A stretch of DNA of 64,000 nt from Amoebophrya sp. A120 (GCA_905178155.1 CAJINV010000011.1:3437077-3501076); one strand, 5' to 3'; positions 35,301 to 48,496 are shown, counted from the stretch's first letter. The notes: generated from the sequence alone by a model not told the origin. Numbers and translations: made by a program.

Positions 35301-37281
35301 AGACACTTTTGCACTTGATACGACTGCGGATTGTCCGATGTGGATTATCCCGATAGCTCCCCGACCGCGGCAGGCACGTCGCTTGTGAACAAAGACAAGA
35401 AGGAACAACAGCCCGACGTTGACAAAAAGCTCCTGCATGCGCAGCGGCTGTACAAGGCGACGGTGCAGGAACGGCGACTGATGCGCAACGTGGGCGTCGC
35501 GGACTGCTCCTGGGCGCCGATGAATTTTCTGCAGACGCCGGAGGAAAAGGAGGCACTCAAGGAGAGAATCGTTGGTGCGGCGATTTTATGGATTGTGAAG
35601 ATGTCTGGGTCTGGAAACTTGTTATGCTGGGTGGCGTATCATGAAGAGGCCACAAGTGCTGGCGCAGCATGACAAGCTTTTGAGCTTCTAGGTGTTGCCT
35701 ATTCTGCATGAGAAACTGCGTTTCTGTATGACAGCAAAATGGGGCTCTTGGGTATCGTGCATGACAGATTTAAGAGGCATGCCAGACAAGCATGACAAAC
35801 ATTAACATGCACTCTTCTAGACCCAGACATGTTTGCATTTGACACATTTCGGGGAGGCTGAAAGCGTTAATGCCTACGACCGGGAAGAGTCGGTCGCTTT
35901 CGAAACACGAAATGAAAAAACAGCTACACGTCGTGCTCGCGCATTACCACCAGGGTATTGTTTTGATTTTTCCTTACTTTCGGGGGACTGTCTTTTCTTT
36001 GCAATCCGCTAGAAGATCATGAAGATATTATCGGACTGATTTCTTGATCTTGTTGAAGAAGACAGATACTAAATATAGACCGCAACGATAACTACATAAG
36101 TCGTTATATTTTTATATTTATTCCAGGTGCCGGCGAAGAGCGGCCTATGAAGTGGACGCTGCTGTTAGACCCGAAACTTGGGAACCACTGCTTGGGCAAA
36201 GACACGCAGGACCGATTGTCGCAGTTGTTTGAGCCGGAAATTTTGGAAAAGATCGAGGCCCAAAAGTACATGCAGAAGACGCTGTTCGTGTTTTGGCACG
36301 CCCCGTCCAAGTACGACGAAAGTCTGGAGACGCTGATGCCGGAACTGGTGCCGGAGGACGAGGCAGTCATGCTGAAGCGCATGTGCCGCTCCCTCATGGA
36401 TTGGCTCAAGGAGCAGGGACCGGAGGAGGAAGGTACTTATTTTTCAGATGCAGATGCTTGCGTGCTGAAGATCAAGATGTCGCGACAGCAGATTGCGCAG
36501 ACGTTGATGAAATCTTGGCACTTTTTCAAGCTCTTTCAACGAAAACGACGGATGATTTATGGATCACTTCGTGTCGGTCCTCCAAAAACTAAAACCTTCG
36601 ACCCCGCCAGATATCTCCGGGCCGCAAACCCCGGTAGACCAGGAGCCGGGAAACGCCGGCGCGGGGCGCATGAGCCGTCCCCGAGCAGAGGCTGCCACTG
36701 GGATTCTCCTTTCCCCGGGTATCAAATGCAAAAATGTCTGGGTCTGGAAACTTGTAATGCTGCGCTGGGAATAGTAAATGCTCTGTAATGCACAGCCAAG
36801 CATGAGAAATATCTGCGCCTCTTTCTGTTGCGTTTTTCGCATGACAAACTGCGTTTTTGCATGACAGGCAAAAGGGTCTCTTCTTGGACACGCATCACAA
36901 ACTTTTTGGTCATGCCAGACAAGCATGACAAGTGTCGCAATCTTCCAGACCCAGACATTTTTGCACTTGATACCGGGGCCCCGGGCGCAAAACTCCAACG
37001 CGCCGGTCGACGCAGCTGCAAACGGAGAGGCGGGGGCGTCGACACAGCATATTCAAACTGGTGCTGCTTCCTCCTCGTCCTCCTCTACTGCACAAGGCCA
37101 AGCTGCGCGACCGGGCGCGAAGCGGAAGCCGCGCGTGTTAAAACGAGTCATCGACATTCAGTCTTCCGCGGTTTTGGGTCCGGACGATGCCCACATGGCC
37201 CCGCACGAGCGCGGACGAAATATGGCGCGGGAACTGGCCCAGATCAGCGAGGCAGAATCTGTGCGACAACCGAGCGGGTGA
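32326..37281 (+). CDS. SAMHD1: SAMHD1-like HD-domain dNTP triphosphohydrolase (N-terminus may extend upstream)
   Basis: Motifs NDPVHG, FQRMRQIKQLG, HTRFSHSIGTAHLA, AALLHDVGHPAFSHMFE, WDHEDAS, IVSNWRCGLDVDRFDYFLRDAYHLG, RQQLHKQAYQHRT and YAQLTDS. Reconstructed by removing 8 TIR elements and GT-AG introns 33122-33357, 35955-36126 and 36433-36610. Confidence 0.92.
32513..32662. mobile_element. Introner-type TIR element, family B
   Basis: tatcctgtgcaaaagtatcg ... cgatacttttgcacaggata (perfect 20-bp TIR); perfect DR ccttg; restores AHL|AFTL. Confidence 0.95.
32927..33056. mobile_element. Introner-type TIR element, family B
   Basis: tatgcattgcaaaagcatcg ... cgatacttttgcagagcata; perfect DR aacaa. 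Confidence 0.92.
33640..33798. mobile_element. Introner-type TIR element, family B
   Basis: tatgcattgcaaaattatcgtact ... agtatgatactttttcaatgcata; perfect DR ttgga; restores GLD|VDRFDY. Confidence 0.95.
33874..34082. mobile_element. Introner-type TIR element, family C
   Basis: tatcgcaagaaaaaactgtttcactgt ... acagtgaaacacttttttcgtacgata; perfect DR tgtcc. Confidence 0.92.
34137..34401. mobile_element. Introner-type TIR element, family A (inverted relative to 1518-1785)
   Basis: tatcaaatgtaaaaatgtctggg ... cccagacatttttacatttgata; perfect DR gaaag. Confidence 0.95.
35064..35320. mobile_element. Introner-type TIR element, family A
   Basis: tatcaactgcaaatatgtctgg ... ccagacacttttgcacttgata; flanks cgatt/cgact. 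Confidence 0.92.
35587..35844. mobile_element. Introner-type TIR element, family A
   Basis: tatggattgtgaagatgtctgggtctgga ... tctagacccagacatgtttgcatttgaca; flanks gattt/cattt; interior close to 35064-35320. Confidence 0.9.
36720..36972. mobile_element. Introner-type TIR element, family A
   Basis: tatcaaatgcaaaaatgtctgggtctggaa ... ttccagacccagacatttttgcacttgata; perfect DR ccggg. Confidence 0.95.
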
Positions 37282-38732
37282 AGGGACCACTTGAGGTAGT
37301 TTTCAATCGCTTTGGGTGTGGTATCTTTCCAAATGCAACAAGAAGCGGCTTCTCAACGCAAGTTATTACAACTTGAGTACGATCTTCCAAAACGATAGCG
37401 ACATTTCATCTCGGTCTCGCGCGACAATCGTCCTCCGCATAGTTCACGCCTGATCTCTATTCGCCCACTTTTATATCACGCACTTGTAATCCAAATCTTT
37501 ATCTCGACAGAAATTATGGCGACAAATAAACCTGAAACAGTAAGTAGCAGTAGAGGTCTTGTTTTGCAACTTTACTGTGAAAGTAAGCAAGCCAAAAAAA
37601 CTTTGACTTGCTTGGCTCAAAACGGAACAAGATTTTGCCTCCCAGCCTCTTCGTGCTTGGCAAAATGAATTTCTATACCCCCGACCACCAGATCTGGACG
37701 ACGGTAGTACGCGACTTCCTCGCTTTGAACCTTATTTGAGAGGACCCAAAAATTACCTTGAGACGGCCGCCTGGAAAAAGACGCTTCTTTCTTTGGCTAT
37801 TCAAAGTACTTCGGATTTGTTCTCGATGATGTTGATGCAATCTGACTTTAAGGTCAGAGCGACCATTTTCGACGCATCTAATGGAATGTTGTATGCAGGA
37901 TGGATGGAAAACATAAACGTGAACATCAGTGATTGTGATCGCGATACCCTGTCTGTCGAAGCAGTTTAAAAGATCCCAACTGATGATGAGCAGTAAGAAC
38001 TAAAGTTTGTTGCGGGGTAGAAAGATCCTCACCTTCTCTTCGATCACGACCTACATGAACAAAGTAGAAGTACTTATACACGCATGCGCCTTTGCCGTGC
38101 ATCTTCCGCGGAAGTAGTGCGGAGGAAAACTGTGACTTGTCGAACTACTTGTTTAGCTGCAATTATAGTGGAATTACCCGTACCCGTAGTATTAATTATT
38201 TCGATTGTTCCAGAAGTGCTGCTAGTGGGTCCGTTTGCCTCATTTTTTTTCCACCCCGTTTTTGATCCAGCGGCAGCGTGTTGTCCTTGCATTTTTCATG
38301 TACTAGCGAACACAAATTTGCATTTTACGTACCAATACATAGAATTTTATGAAGCAAAGAAGAAACGAGGTTGCATTTTACGCCCTATTTTTTTGGAAAC
38401 TAGAACTACTCGCGATTAATACATTTTCGTAGACGCAACAAGAATCGAAAATCATTTTTGTAGGTGCAGATTTTCTGCTGAAGAAGATTAACCGACTACG
38501 AGTACGATTTGCATTTGCCCAAGCCAAAATAAGTCTTCACCATTAAGTCGAGATCTACAAAAAGCCGCATCGGCCTCACTCAGCCCGCGGAGCTGCTATT
38601 ATTGGCATATATATACCACTCGATTTTGAAGCGATCTCCATCGCTTCAGTACAAATTTAAATTTACTTTTTTTCCAGCTTTTTTTCGTGTATCAGGATCT
38701 CCAGTACGAGCACCGTTCCCTCGAGTGGCAGG

Positions 38733-41005
38733 ATGGGAAAAACGACTAGCTTTTTTTTAGCTGGTGTGTTGGCCGCGAAGGGTTGCGTCGAGCTGGTGCA
38801 TGGATCTAGCCTGCCTTCCTTTCCCTCTGCCTCTAGTTGGGAGTCGCAGCCAGCGCCGCCCCACAGCGTCAAGAATCAACGAGACGAGGAGGATCCCGGC
38901 ACCGGCCTGCTGCCGGAAAAGAAAAGTTGCGTCGATAGCCTGCCTTCCTTTCCCTCTAGTTGGGAGTCCCCGGAGCAGGAGCCACAGCCGGGGGATGTGA
39001 ATAACACTGGACAACAACTTCGTCGTGACCAGAAGGACCACCACCTGGGAAGTTTATCGAGGAGTTTCGCAGGCCTTATTTTGAATCAAGCCGGCCCAGC
39101 TAGAGCAGAGCGCTCCTCGTCTCCCTTGCCGTCTGGACCCCGGCGGTCGCGCTCCTCCTCTCCGCGGCGTTCTCGCTCTCTGCGCGGTCTTCACTCTGCC
39201 GCGGGTAGTTCTTTGCCGAACGACACGACGCATCGCCAGTACGATCAGAATTCTGCAACGGGGCTGCTCCCGCGAGGGACAACTGGAGGAAATAGTGGAA
39301 AGGATTCCGGCAGCGGCAGCCTGCCTCGATTTAGCACGTTCGGGGCGGAAATAGATCAGGCGACTGGCTATCGCAGAAAAGTTCCAGTGCTCGTCGACAG
39401 TGATGTTCAAGAAGTTGCACGTCCGGCGGAAATAAGCAGCAGCTCCCCCGCTGGTGCTCGTGCGCAATGGTCTGGGCGTCGTCCTCGTGCGCTGTCTGGG
39501 CCCCCTGTAGAAGTTCTTGCACGGGGGAGCACGAGGACCAACATTGCACGACCAACACGAGCAGAAGTCTACGCGGAGCTGTCCCGAATCAAGGAAAATG
39601 CGGAAGAAGTGGCCAAAACCTACATTCATGGCAAAAAAGTATCGCATATAGAAATCAGAACGATCGAAGGAAGAGATACTGAAGTTTAAGTGTTCGACCA
39701 CTACTACGCCTGGCAGGACTGGCCGTCGGTATCGCAGAACGGTATTAAAGTGGTCCCTAGTCAGCTTCCGGGCAGCATTGAGCGAGACTGGCCGTGTGTA
39801 GTATCAAAGGCAAATATTGTTTCTGGGTCTGGAAGAGTACAGATTTAATTTTTGCCATGCTGTTTTTGCATGTTGACACAGAATGGCTGTCAACATGGAA
39901 GCCCTACTAGCATCACAGATCTACTCGAGAAGCTTCTGCATTGCTTGATCCGCATGACAATCCCCCACTTTGGTGACAGAAAATGGACCTCTTTTGCTGC
40001 CTATGCATGAGAGATTTGTCCTCTGTGTTGTGAAATGCGCGTCACCAGTTCGCATTCTTCCAGACCCAGACATATATTTGCACTGGATATGTAGAGGAGG
40101 ACGGTAAAACTAAAAAGGTCGGCGGTCGGCTTCCGCGCATTTACTACGGGCTGGCTGGTCTCGGACTCGGGATTTCCTCGGATGTTAACTGCAGATGGTT
40201 TCAGCAGCGTCTTTTCCTGGACAAAATGGCCACCGAACTGGGCAAACTTGTGGATTTTGCTGTCAAGCAACGTAACCAGAAGGACCGGACGGGAGACGGG
40301 CTCATCGCTGCAGACCACGCTGTGCAGATTGTTGCTGATGTTTTGTCTGTGCGGCCCGAAAGCCGCGCGGGGGACGTGAGGACCACCTCGTGCTCGTATG
40401 GCATTCTGATTCCGCACAGGGAAGATGAGTACCCAGAAATGCCGGCAGGGTGGGAGCAAGAAATGCCATACCCGGCGAACAAGCACAAGGTTTTCACCAA
40501 GTATTGGCTGGGCCGCATGCAGTATCGCAAGAAAAAATAAACTGTGTATAGTTTAACGCTGTAATGCAGAACATGCAACAGAATTACTTTACACCTGTGC
40601 CTGTCATGCCAGACAGCCATCAAGTCCTCTTCTCGTGCGTGTTTTCCCTTACAACAAGCCACGCATGACAGGTTATTTTCTCTGTCATGTAGTGTAAATT
40701 TGTAATGCTGTCAGCCAATAAAGAAAGTTACACTACCACAGTTTTTTTCGCACGATATGCATGGGACACAAGGTGCAGAGCCTGCGGGTGAACATCAACC
40801 CGTAGCACAACCACCGCCAGAAGACCCGATCCTTGTGTCTTTCTTTTGCCACTGCGTGCTGGTGCAGTGGAGGGAGCTATTCGTGGAGCGGGTTTTGCAC
40901 CCATTGTCGGCGAAGGTGGAAGAGATTGTCGAACCGCGCGAAATCCGGGAGAAGCTAGCCGCGAAAATAGCAGAGGCCGAACAAGAACTTATTCATCGTG
41001 CGTAA
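38733..41005 (+). CDS. Hypothetical secreted protein (signal-peptide-like N-terminus)
   Basis: Starts MGKTTSFFLAGVLAAKGC. Downstream frames join across elements 39802-40089 (WPCV|EEDG) and 40523-40757 (LGRM|HGTQ). An in-frame TAA at 39687-39689 is unresolved. Confidence 0.55.
39802..40089. mobile_element. Introner-type TIR element, family A
   Basis: tatcaaaggcaaatattgtttctgggtctggaaga ... tcttccagacccagacatatatttgcactggata; perfect DR tgtag. Confidence 0.92.
40523..40757. mobile_element. Introner-type TIR element, family C
   Basis: tatcgcaagaaaaaataaactgtg ... cacagtttttttcgcacgata; flanks tgcag/tgcat. Confidence 0.88.
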
Positions 41006-42047
41006 AGCTGAGCTGGTGCGGAGGGGTGCGCCATGAAATAGCTGGAGCAGTGTTTCTGATAAAGGAAAAAAACTAGAACTAGAAGTGCCGAGCGTCACCT
41101 CCAATATTATGTTCATCAGGCCCGATAGAAGTTGCTGCATCTGCAACCGCAAAACCGATGGTGCCGTGTCAAACAAAGCGGTGAAGGGGGATGGTTTTAG
41201 ATGGTTTTGAAGGTGGTAAAAGAATATGGTTTTTCAGTGTTTGCAATCATGAATTATTGCGGCGCTCATGTGGTTGTGGTTCGTTGATTTCGTTTAGAGC
41301 GAAAAAATGAAAAAGTCTCGTCTTGCAAGAATAAGAATGGATCATGTTGAAAAATACAAATCTGTGCAGCTGCAAGTGCAACCGATACCGAATAAAACTC
41401 ATCTAGACGTCACTGGTATTAGTCACTGCTTGATCGATGAATGTGGACACTCGTCTGTTCGTGTGCAGTGGCTCTGGCAAAACTAGATCCTATCAAGTCT
41501 CTTAGATGGAGGCTGCAGAATTTCTCACTCAAATGCTCTTTGAAATTACTTCGAGACGAAGATCTTCTTCGAAGGCCATGAATCGCCGAAGCGTAAATTA
41601 CTTTTTTGCTGAACGCTAACCCCCACGCAAAACGCCATCTTCATCCTCATTCACCGCAAATTGGCTTTTCTTGTTCCGATTTCTGCTTGCAATCAAAAAG
41701 ATCCGAATTTGAAACTTATTGCCGCAGGACCTCACGACCAGTGGCAGTGACCCAAAAGCAAAAGCTACCCTATCTCCTCAGAACGAATTCCCAAATGGAC
41801 TGTTAACGCGTACGTATACGCCCTATCTTTTCTCGTATAAACGATTTTTCCTCTCTCTTTTTCGCGACGTATAGTACCTTGCGACCCATCAAAGCTATTT
41901 TGTGCTTTCTAGCTACTCTTTGTGAACAGTAGAGAACTCTACACACAGACACAAGACCAATATCACTTTTTTTGGCTTCCTCCAGAAAGAAAAAGAATAG
42001 TTTCAATTTTTGGATACATCTCCTTTCGAAGAAAAAACAAATCGAAA

Positions 42048-44099
42048 ATGTACAACGGCATTGGGTTAGCGACCGCCCGCGGTAGTGGGACGAGCGGGTA
42101 TGTGCAACGAAACTTGGGCCATGCGAAGGAAAAGCGACAGGATCTCTACAAGGTACTATGGATACTTCTTGAGTTTTTTGAATCTCAACGCAGGAATGTA
42201 ACACGTACAACGAAAAAAATGAATATTTTGATCCTTGAAAAAATCTCTGAGTCGTGGACTTGAAACTCCAACTCAAAAATCCTTATCCTTTTCCGTCATT
42301 CCACAACAGAAAGCGGGGGCTGAGAACACCGGCGTGCTGGTGCGACGAGCAAACCCGGAGCTGATGGAACACGAGATGAAGCGACGGGTGGAATTGCAAC
42401 TACTGGAACTCCGCGAGAAGTGGGAAGAAGAAGGAAAAATGTATTCATTTGCTTTTTTTTCTTCATGCTAATCTTGCAACACTTGGGCATGTTGCAAATG
42501 GCAGCTTACATCACAAGCTAAACTTAGCTAACCCTTGAATCACAAAGACAAACACGATCACAGGACCGAGGAAGAAATCGAAGCCAAGCTGGAATCCGAG
42601 CGGGAACGCATCACGATCCAAGTCAAAAGGGAGGGCGTTACTATGACGGGGAGCACGCACGGGATAGCCCTGCGGAAAGAGCAGGAGTTGGACAAATTCG
42701 GAAGGGCGTTGCGGCTCGGTGCGTCGCATTCTATCGGTACTATGTTTGTGAATTCTTAACGTTTCATCTTTTTCAATTTCAACTAAATCTACCTCGTTTA
42801 CTTCAGGAGCGGATCTGGATTCGTCACACACAGTAATGTGTATTGCGTTGCAACGTCAGCATGAGCATCTTCAAATTCCGTCCCCACCATGATTACCTCT
42901 CAGGTGACGGCTTTTTGTCAAAAGAGGAGCGGGACGCAAAGCGCCGGCGGATGATCGCCGAGCGCCAAGCCGAGATGGACGCTATCAAATCGGAGCGCGA
43001 GAAGGAAAAAGCCATCGAAAAGGCGCGTCGCGAGCAGGAGGATGCTGAGCGGCGAGCGCGTGAGGAGGTGCGGTCCGGGCGTGAGACGGACAAATTTCGG
43101 CAGCGGGAAAAGGAACGGGAGCTGGAGAGATTGCAGAAACTCGTGGAAATCGAGAAGGCGAAAAGACTGAAAATCACCGGCGAAGATGCAGAGGAAGCTG
43201 ATGAAGCAGATATTAATACGAAGAAAAAAACAGGAAAGGACGTCTCTGGTGCCGGCGCCGCTTCGTCTAGAAATAACAATGGTTCAACAGCGAAGAAGGA
43301 CGATGACGTCGAGCTTTCCTCTTCCGCCAATTTTAGTGATTTCGACGAATTTTCCGATGACGACCGGAAAAAGAACAAGAAAAAAGCTCCCGCTCCTCAA
43401 GGTCCCGCGCCGAGGCCCGAAGGCCCGTCGAATAAGCCAAAAGTGGAGCTGCTCGCACGCAACGACAAGAGGAACGACAGCCGAGCTAGGCGCTCGCGGA
43501 GTCGCAGCTTCGACCGGCCAGCTGCTAGTACAACCAGAGGTGCAGCACCAGCAGCTCGAGATCGCCGGGATGATCGTCATGCGGACCGAAGAAACGACAG
43601 CCGCGGTACCGGTGGCAGAAGTAGAAGAAACATCAACCGCAAGAAAGATTCCAGATCCCGGTCCCGCTCCCCCGCCGCTCCGCCGCCGAAGAAGGTTGAA
43701 ATTCAACCCGCCCCACGACTCGGACAGCTCGGGCAGAACAGTAAGAAGAAAAGAGACGATGACGAATACTCCGCGTCTTCGCTCAGTCGCAGCGCTGGTG
43801 CAGGTCGTCCCGCTGCAAATAACGGTAAAAAAAATTCGAAGTCATCGAAAAACGATAGGGAGAAAAATGTTCGTCCTCCATCCCCACCTCCCGCTAAGCT
43901 CACGAAGCCGCGCCCGCGATCGTTGTCTCGAAGTAGTGAAGGCGACTACATTTCGTCCAACGTTGCGGGAGGATCATACGCGGAGCGCAAGGAGAAACTT
44001 AGGGAAAGACTAGCGGAGAGAAAAGGAGACAGGAGACCGCGGTCGGTATCGTCCGATAAATCCTACCGGTCGGCGAAGTCCCGGGATCGGCGACGCTGA
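42048..44099 (+). CDS. CWC21: CWC21/SRRM2-like splicing factor (cwf21 domain plus RS-rich tail)
   Basis: N-terminal MYNGIGLATARGSGTSGYVQRNL; ELMEHEMKRRVELQLLELREKWEEEG..EEEIEAKL; three GT-AG introns (donors about 42152, 42441 and about 42737). Confidence 0.9.
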
Positions 44100-45686
44100 T
44101 TTTTCGTTTGAGTAAGGATGAGCTGCTGCTGTACGACTCTTCTTTTGGAACAAATTGTACTTAGTGCTTGTAGTGACTACGGTTGCGGATTATTGCGGAT
44201 ATACTATATCGCGACAAGGACAACCTGTTGGTGTTGGCCCCCGACACATGGTGTCCACGTACCTAAGTCGAAGAGCAACTACAGTTTCACCATCAACAAT
44301 CAACGACTCAAAGAAATATTTTGAAAAGTAAGAAGTTGAAATTACAATCAAAATAGCCCAGGGAGTGACGTTGCTCGGCACTATTTCGTATTGAGAAACA
44401 GCTTCGCCTTCGGTAATTGCCATTGTTTGCACTCGTATTTTTGAGAAGTTCGTGTTTTCCACCAACACAGCCCGAGTATTAAAGAGCTGAACTGAGAGAC
44501 AGATAAGAGTGCCCCACGTATTACCGCTATTGCATCTGTGGAGCGAAGAGCGAAATAGAAAAGTACAAGCGAAGGCTCGCTTTTCGACTTCGCCTCGTAA
44601 TCGGTCACGCTTTTTTGTGGTTTTACCTTTTTCGACGTGAAAAGTAGTGAACATGATACGTACTGCAGATGTGTACTCGTCTTTGAAAACTTAAACTCTA
44701 CTGTAAAGAAGCACCTACAGTTCCCCATGAAGTGCCATTCACTAAAATCACCTGTAACTTTTATGGTTTCTCTCTGTCAACAACAACAAGAAATTTTTGA
44801 CTCGCACCTGAGCAAGAAGTTGGTGTCTACCCCTTTACCACTATTGTTGATTCAAGGTTCATCTTTTTGATCCTGGTTTCATCGTTATTTCTTTTAGAAA
44901 TCTATTGGAGCCAATTTCAAGCCTGTTGATAACCATTTTATTTTTGTGCATGAGCATAATTTCTAAAGACTACGCGTACGCTGTGCTGAGCTTTGTGATC
45001 TCGTAGCGATAGGAGATATCACAGTACTATAATCAGTTTTGAAGCTATTGACGAGTACAGGAACAGGGAAAGAGAAGTTTTGAAATAATACGAAAATGTC
45101 CTCCGCCCGTTGCACTTTTTCCCCCACGGGAGACAGTGCACCAGAGGTGGCAGGAATTTCTGACGGGCCAAGTAGAACTCCCAGGAGCAGTTCTAGCTCG
45201 TCCTCATCTGTTGTCCGGGGAGATTATCGGCAACACGCAGAACGACAATGTGAAATCCATACAGCGAGGATTTCTAACTCAACAGCGTCTAGTTCCAGTA
45301 CATCGTCTTCCGAAGGAGCAAGAAGTCGAACAGCCACAGCGTTCAGCTCCGGAGCGATTTCTCAAAAAACCGGGGAGGCTGACTGTCAGTTTATCGCTCG
45401 TCCTGCGATAAGTGAAGCGGCAGCCGGAATTACACGCATCCGACAATTCGGGGCGGATCTGGCGAGGGCTGGAAGTTGCAGCTCTACTTCCAGTTGCTTC
45501 AAAATCTTCGCAGCACACAGCTCACCCACAACGGAAAGCAATAGAATAAAACCGCACACGAAAAACACCTGGTCTTGTTGCACAACGAGAAGAAAAGAAC
45601 CACGGACTACAGCTATGTCGTTTTCAGAAGCTCACGCCGCACGACCGGCAGCAATGACACAACAACATGGACGCTTTTCGTTCAAA

Positions 45687-47615
45687 ATGAAAAGCAGTTT
45701 GGCCAGACTGTTCTGCGTTTACACCTCGTTTTTCTCCCTTTTAACGCATGCGTTCGACGAACAAGATCCCTGCAGACACCACGACTACCCCGACATGGGT
45801 GTGGAGAACCCGCTCAAGGATGGCCAGTTTGTCCACGCGCAGATTGTCGCGAACAAGACACACAGGTACTCAGTACTAGCATTGGGAGATGGAGGAAGTT
45901 TTTTTTTGAGATTCAGTGCACAGCAGGTGCGAATGATTTTTTGTGTTTGTCTTTTTTTGCGATGTAGTTCATGTTCATGTAGCGGATTTAGATGGCGGGA
46001 TTGAAAAAATAAATTATCCTCAGGTACTCCTTTCAAACGATGAATACCACTTTAATCCACGTCCCCGACCAATTCCGAAAGTTGATCATCAACCTGGAAC
46101 CCTGCAAGGGCATCGTGTACCTGTTCGTGCGAAAAACGCGGCCCTGCTACCCGGATCCCTACAGCTGCATGAAGTTTGGCCCCACGGTGGCCGGCAGTTC
46201 GCAGGAGACCGTGCCCCAGGCGGACGAGTGCGAGTGGACCCACTACGTGTCGGTGATTGATGGCACCCGGGATGGCGCGCCGACCTTCTTCGAATTACCT
46301 TTGACTTCCACCCGGTACTACATCGCAGTCTACGCGAAGGAGACCTCCTCCTACACCTTGACGGTTTTGACCGACATCGGGGCCTGGCCCCGGCCGGGGA
46401 ACGAGGGACAGCTGCAGGCCACGCAGTTGCAGGAGCTGCAGGTGCAAATCGGCTGGGACACGGCGTATTACCGGCCCACAGGGGTGTCAGAAACACTGCA
46501 GTACTACGTCTGGTCCGCCATGCTGCTGGAGCGGGACCAAAGGACAAACGCAGCGGTGTTCTTGACCAAAAGAAAAATCATGAACACGGTATTGGTTTAT
46601 TTTCACTTGTTCAGTAGCATAGAGTCCTCAAAAATGTGGACGTTGTAGAGTTCTTTGCAATAGTCTTGCTAACAAGAGATGCGAGTTGGAGAGTCGACAT
46701 GATGATAGATCGATGATAATAAAGAAAGTACTAGTACATCAAAATCCGAAAATGCTCCATCACACCCTGCTACAGGTCTGCGGGCTGACGAACAACACGG
46801 ACCGGCCCGCCACCCCGACGCCGATTCCCGCCAGCCGGTGCAGCGGCGGCAAGTGCAACGCCACGATTGACGGTGTAGTCACGGGCAAGCGCTACGTGTT
46901 CAATATCAAATGCGAAAATGTCTGTGTCTGGAAGAATGCAAGATTTGTCATGCATATTCCGGATCACGCCAATGGTGTCTGATGCAGGCAAAAGCATCAC
47001 AGGTTTTGAGCACGCCTCACGATGCGTGTCCTGCATGAGAAACTTCCTACTTGCGTACCAAGAAATGGGCAGCCTTTGCCGCTCATGCAACACAAATGTT
47101 TGTGTGTTCCAGAGTTTGCATCACAAGTTCCAAAGCTTCCAGACCCAGACATCTTTGCAATGCATATTCAACGTCGTCGCGGAGTCCAAGCGCGGGTACA
47201 ACATGAGCTACGCGGGCTTGATATGGATGGCAAATATGTCTGGGTCTGGAAGAATACAAACTTGTGATGCGTATTTCAGAACACAGAAAAATCTCTGATG
47301 CATAGGTAGCAAAAGCTGCCCACTTTCTGTCACCAAAGTGGGGGATTTGTCATACGCATTCGGCATTGCGGAAGCTTCTCGAAACCTGTGATGCTGGGGC
47401 TTCCATGCCAGACCTTCTGCGTCATGCAAAAACAGCATGAGTCTTCCAGACCCAGACACTTTTGCATTTGATACTTGATCCTGCGCACCGACTGGTCGGT
47501 GGAGCGGCGAGCTGCGAGTCAGCAGACTTTGATGGCGGTTGGGGGGCTGACCGGGTCGATTTTTGCCATGGTCATCGTCATCTACTGCTGGATGATCTCG
47601 TTGTATGGGAAGTAG
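45687..47615 (+). CDS. Type I membrane protein with a Cys-containing beta-rich ectodomain (possibly FN3/NDNF-like)
   Basis: Signal peptide MKSSLARLFCVYTSFFSLLTHA; two GT-AG introns; junctions RYVFN|VVAES and YAGL|ILRTDW across two elements; C-terminal TM AVGGLTGSIFAMVIVIYCWMISLY. Confidence 0.75.
46904..47166. mobile_element. Introner-type TIR element, family A
   Basis: tatcaaatgcgaaaatgtctgtgtctggaag ... cttccagacccagacatctttgcaatgcata; perfect DR ttcaa. Confidence 0.95.
47222..47473. mobile_element. Introner-type TIR element, family A (inverted relative to 39802-40089)
   Basis: tatggatggcaaatatgtctgggtctggaaga ... tcttccagacccagacacttttgcatttgata; perfect DR cttga. Confidence 0.95.
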
Positions 47616-48496
47616 GAGGAGAGGAGATGAAAGTGGGTATTTTTGAGGAGTGCATTACTACCAGTAGTAGTGCAAAGAAGCATCTTGTTCTGAACTTAGT
47701 TTTGTCGCCAAAAATACTAAACGAAATGCGAAACACCACATCAATTTGCTCAACGGGAAGAAATAATAAATCACATCTGTTTTGTCGAAAATTTAGCCGA
47801 TCACGAGTTCAAATGGTATAATACTATCGCTTTTAGAAGATGATCAACGAAGTAAATCACAGCTTCGCGTTTTATCGTTTTAGTTTAGTCACAAGTTTAG
47901 TACAAAAAGTGCCGAGCGGATGGAGGGCCGCCGAGAGGTTTCGGTTTTGCAGAAGAAGTAGTACCGAAAGTAAATGGGAAGAGGAGGAGCGTCTGCGAGG
48001 TTGCAAAAATTCTCGGGTCCGGACTCTTCGTTCGGCACTTGTCTCGTAAGGAGATGGAAAAATTGCATGAACACTTTGAATTATACGGGGACAAACTCTG
48101 TACAAATTTGTTCTTTGATTCATTGGAAAAAATGGATTTCTACTCATGCAGAAGCGACTGGGTTTCCAAGCCTAGGCAGGCCAACGGTGTTCGCTGGCTC
48201 GCAAAAATGGTTCAAGTTGATGATCTCGAAGATGTCCAGTTGTACACTGAATTGTGGAAGATCTTGAACTGGAGCACTGTCGGTTTCTCATTCTGTTTGA
48301 GCTCGAAGATTCTAGTATTAGTTGAAGCATGACGGAGTTGGAGTTCGCTCAGCGACCTTTTTATCCAGAATGTTGTTTTTGAGGAGATCTTGGACTTGAT
48401 TCCGTAACTACTAGTGCGTCGTGGTCTTCGAAGAAGATTGTCATGGTGAGGTTTCTACTTTTCCTCATTTGGGCTACTTATAATTTTTAAACAGAC

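Noticed and set aside
37516-37969. Possible small two-exon gene
   Set aside because: I could not build a consistent frame or recognise a motif.
45096-45686. Long in-frame extension upstream of the membrane-protein gene
   Set aside because: Low complexity, and the signal peptide begins at ATG 45687; probably UTR, though not excluded.
1518-47473. Recurrent peptide motifs in the ORF track (KMSGSGR, KCLGLE, CKNVWVWK, FQTQTF, PDPDIF)
   Set aside because: These are translations of the family A TIR in different frames, not a protein family.
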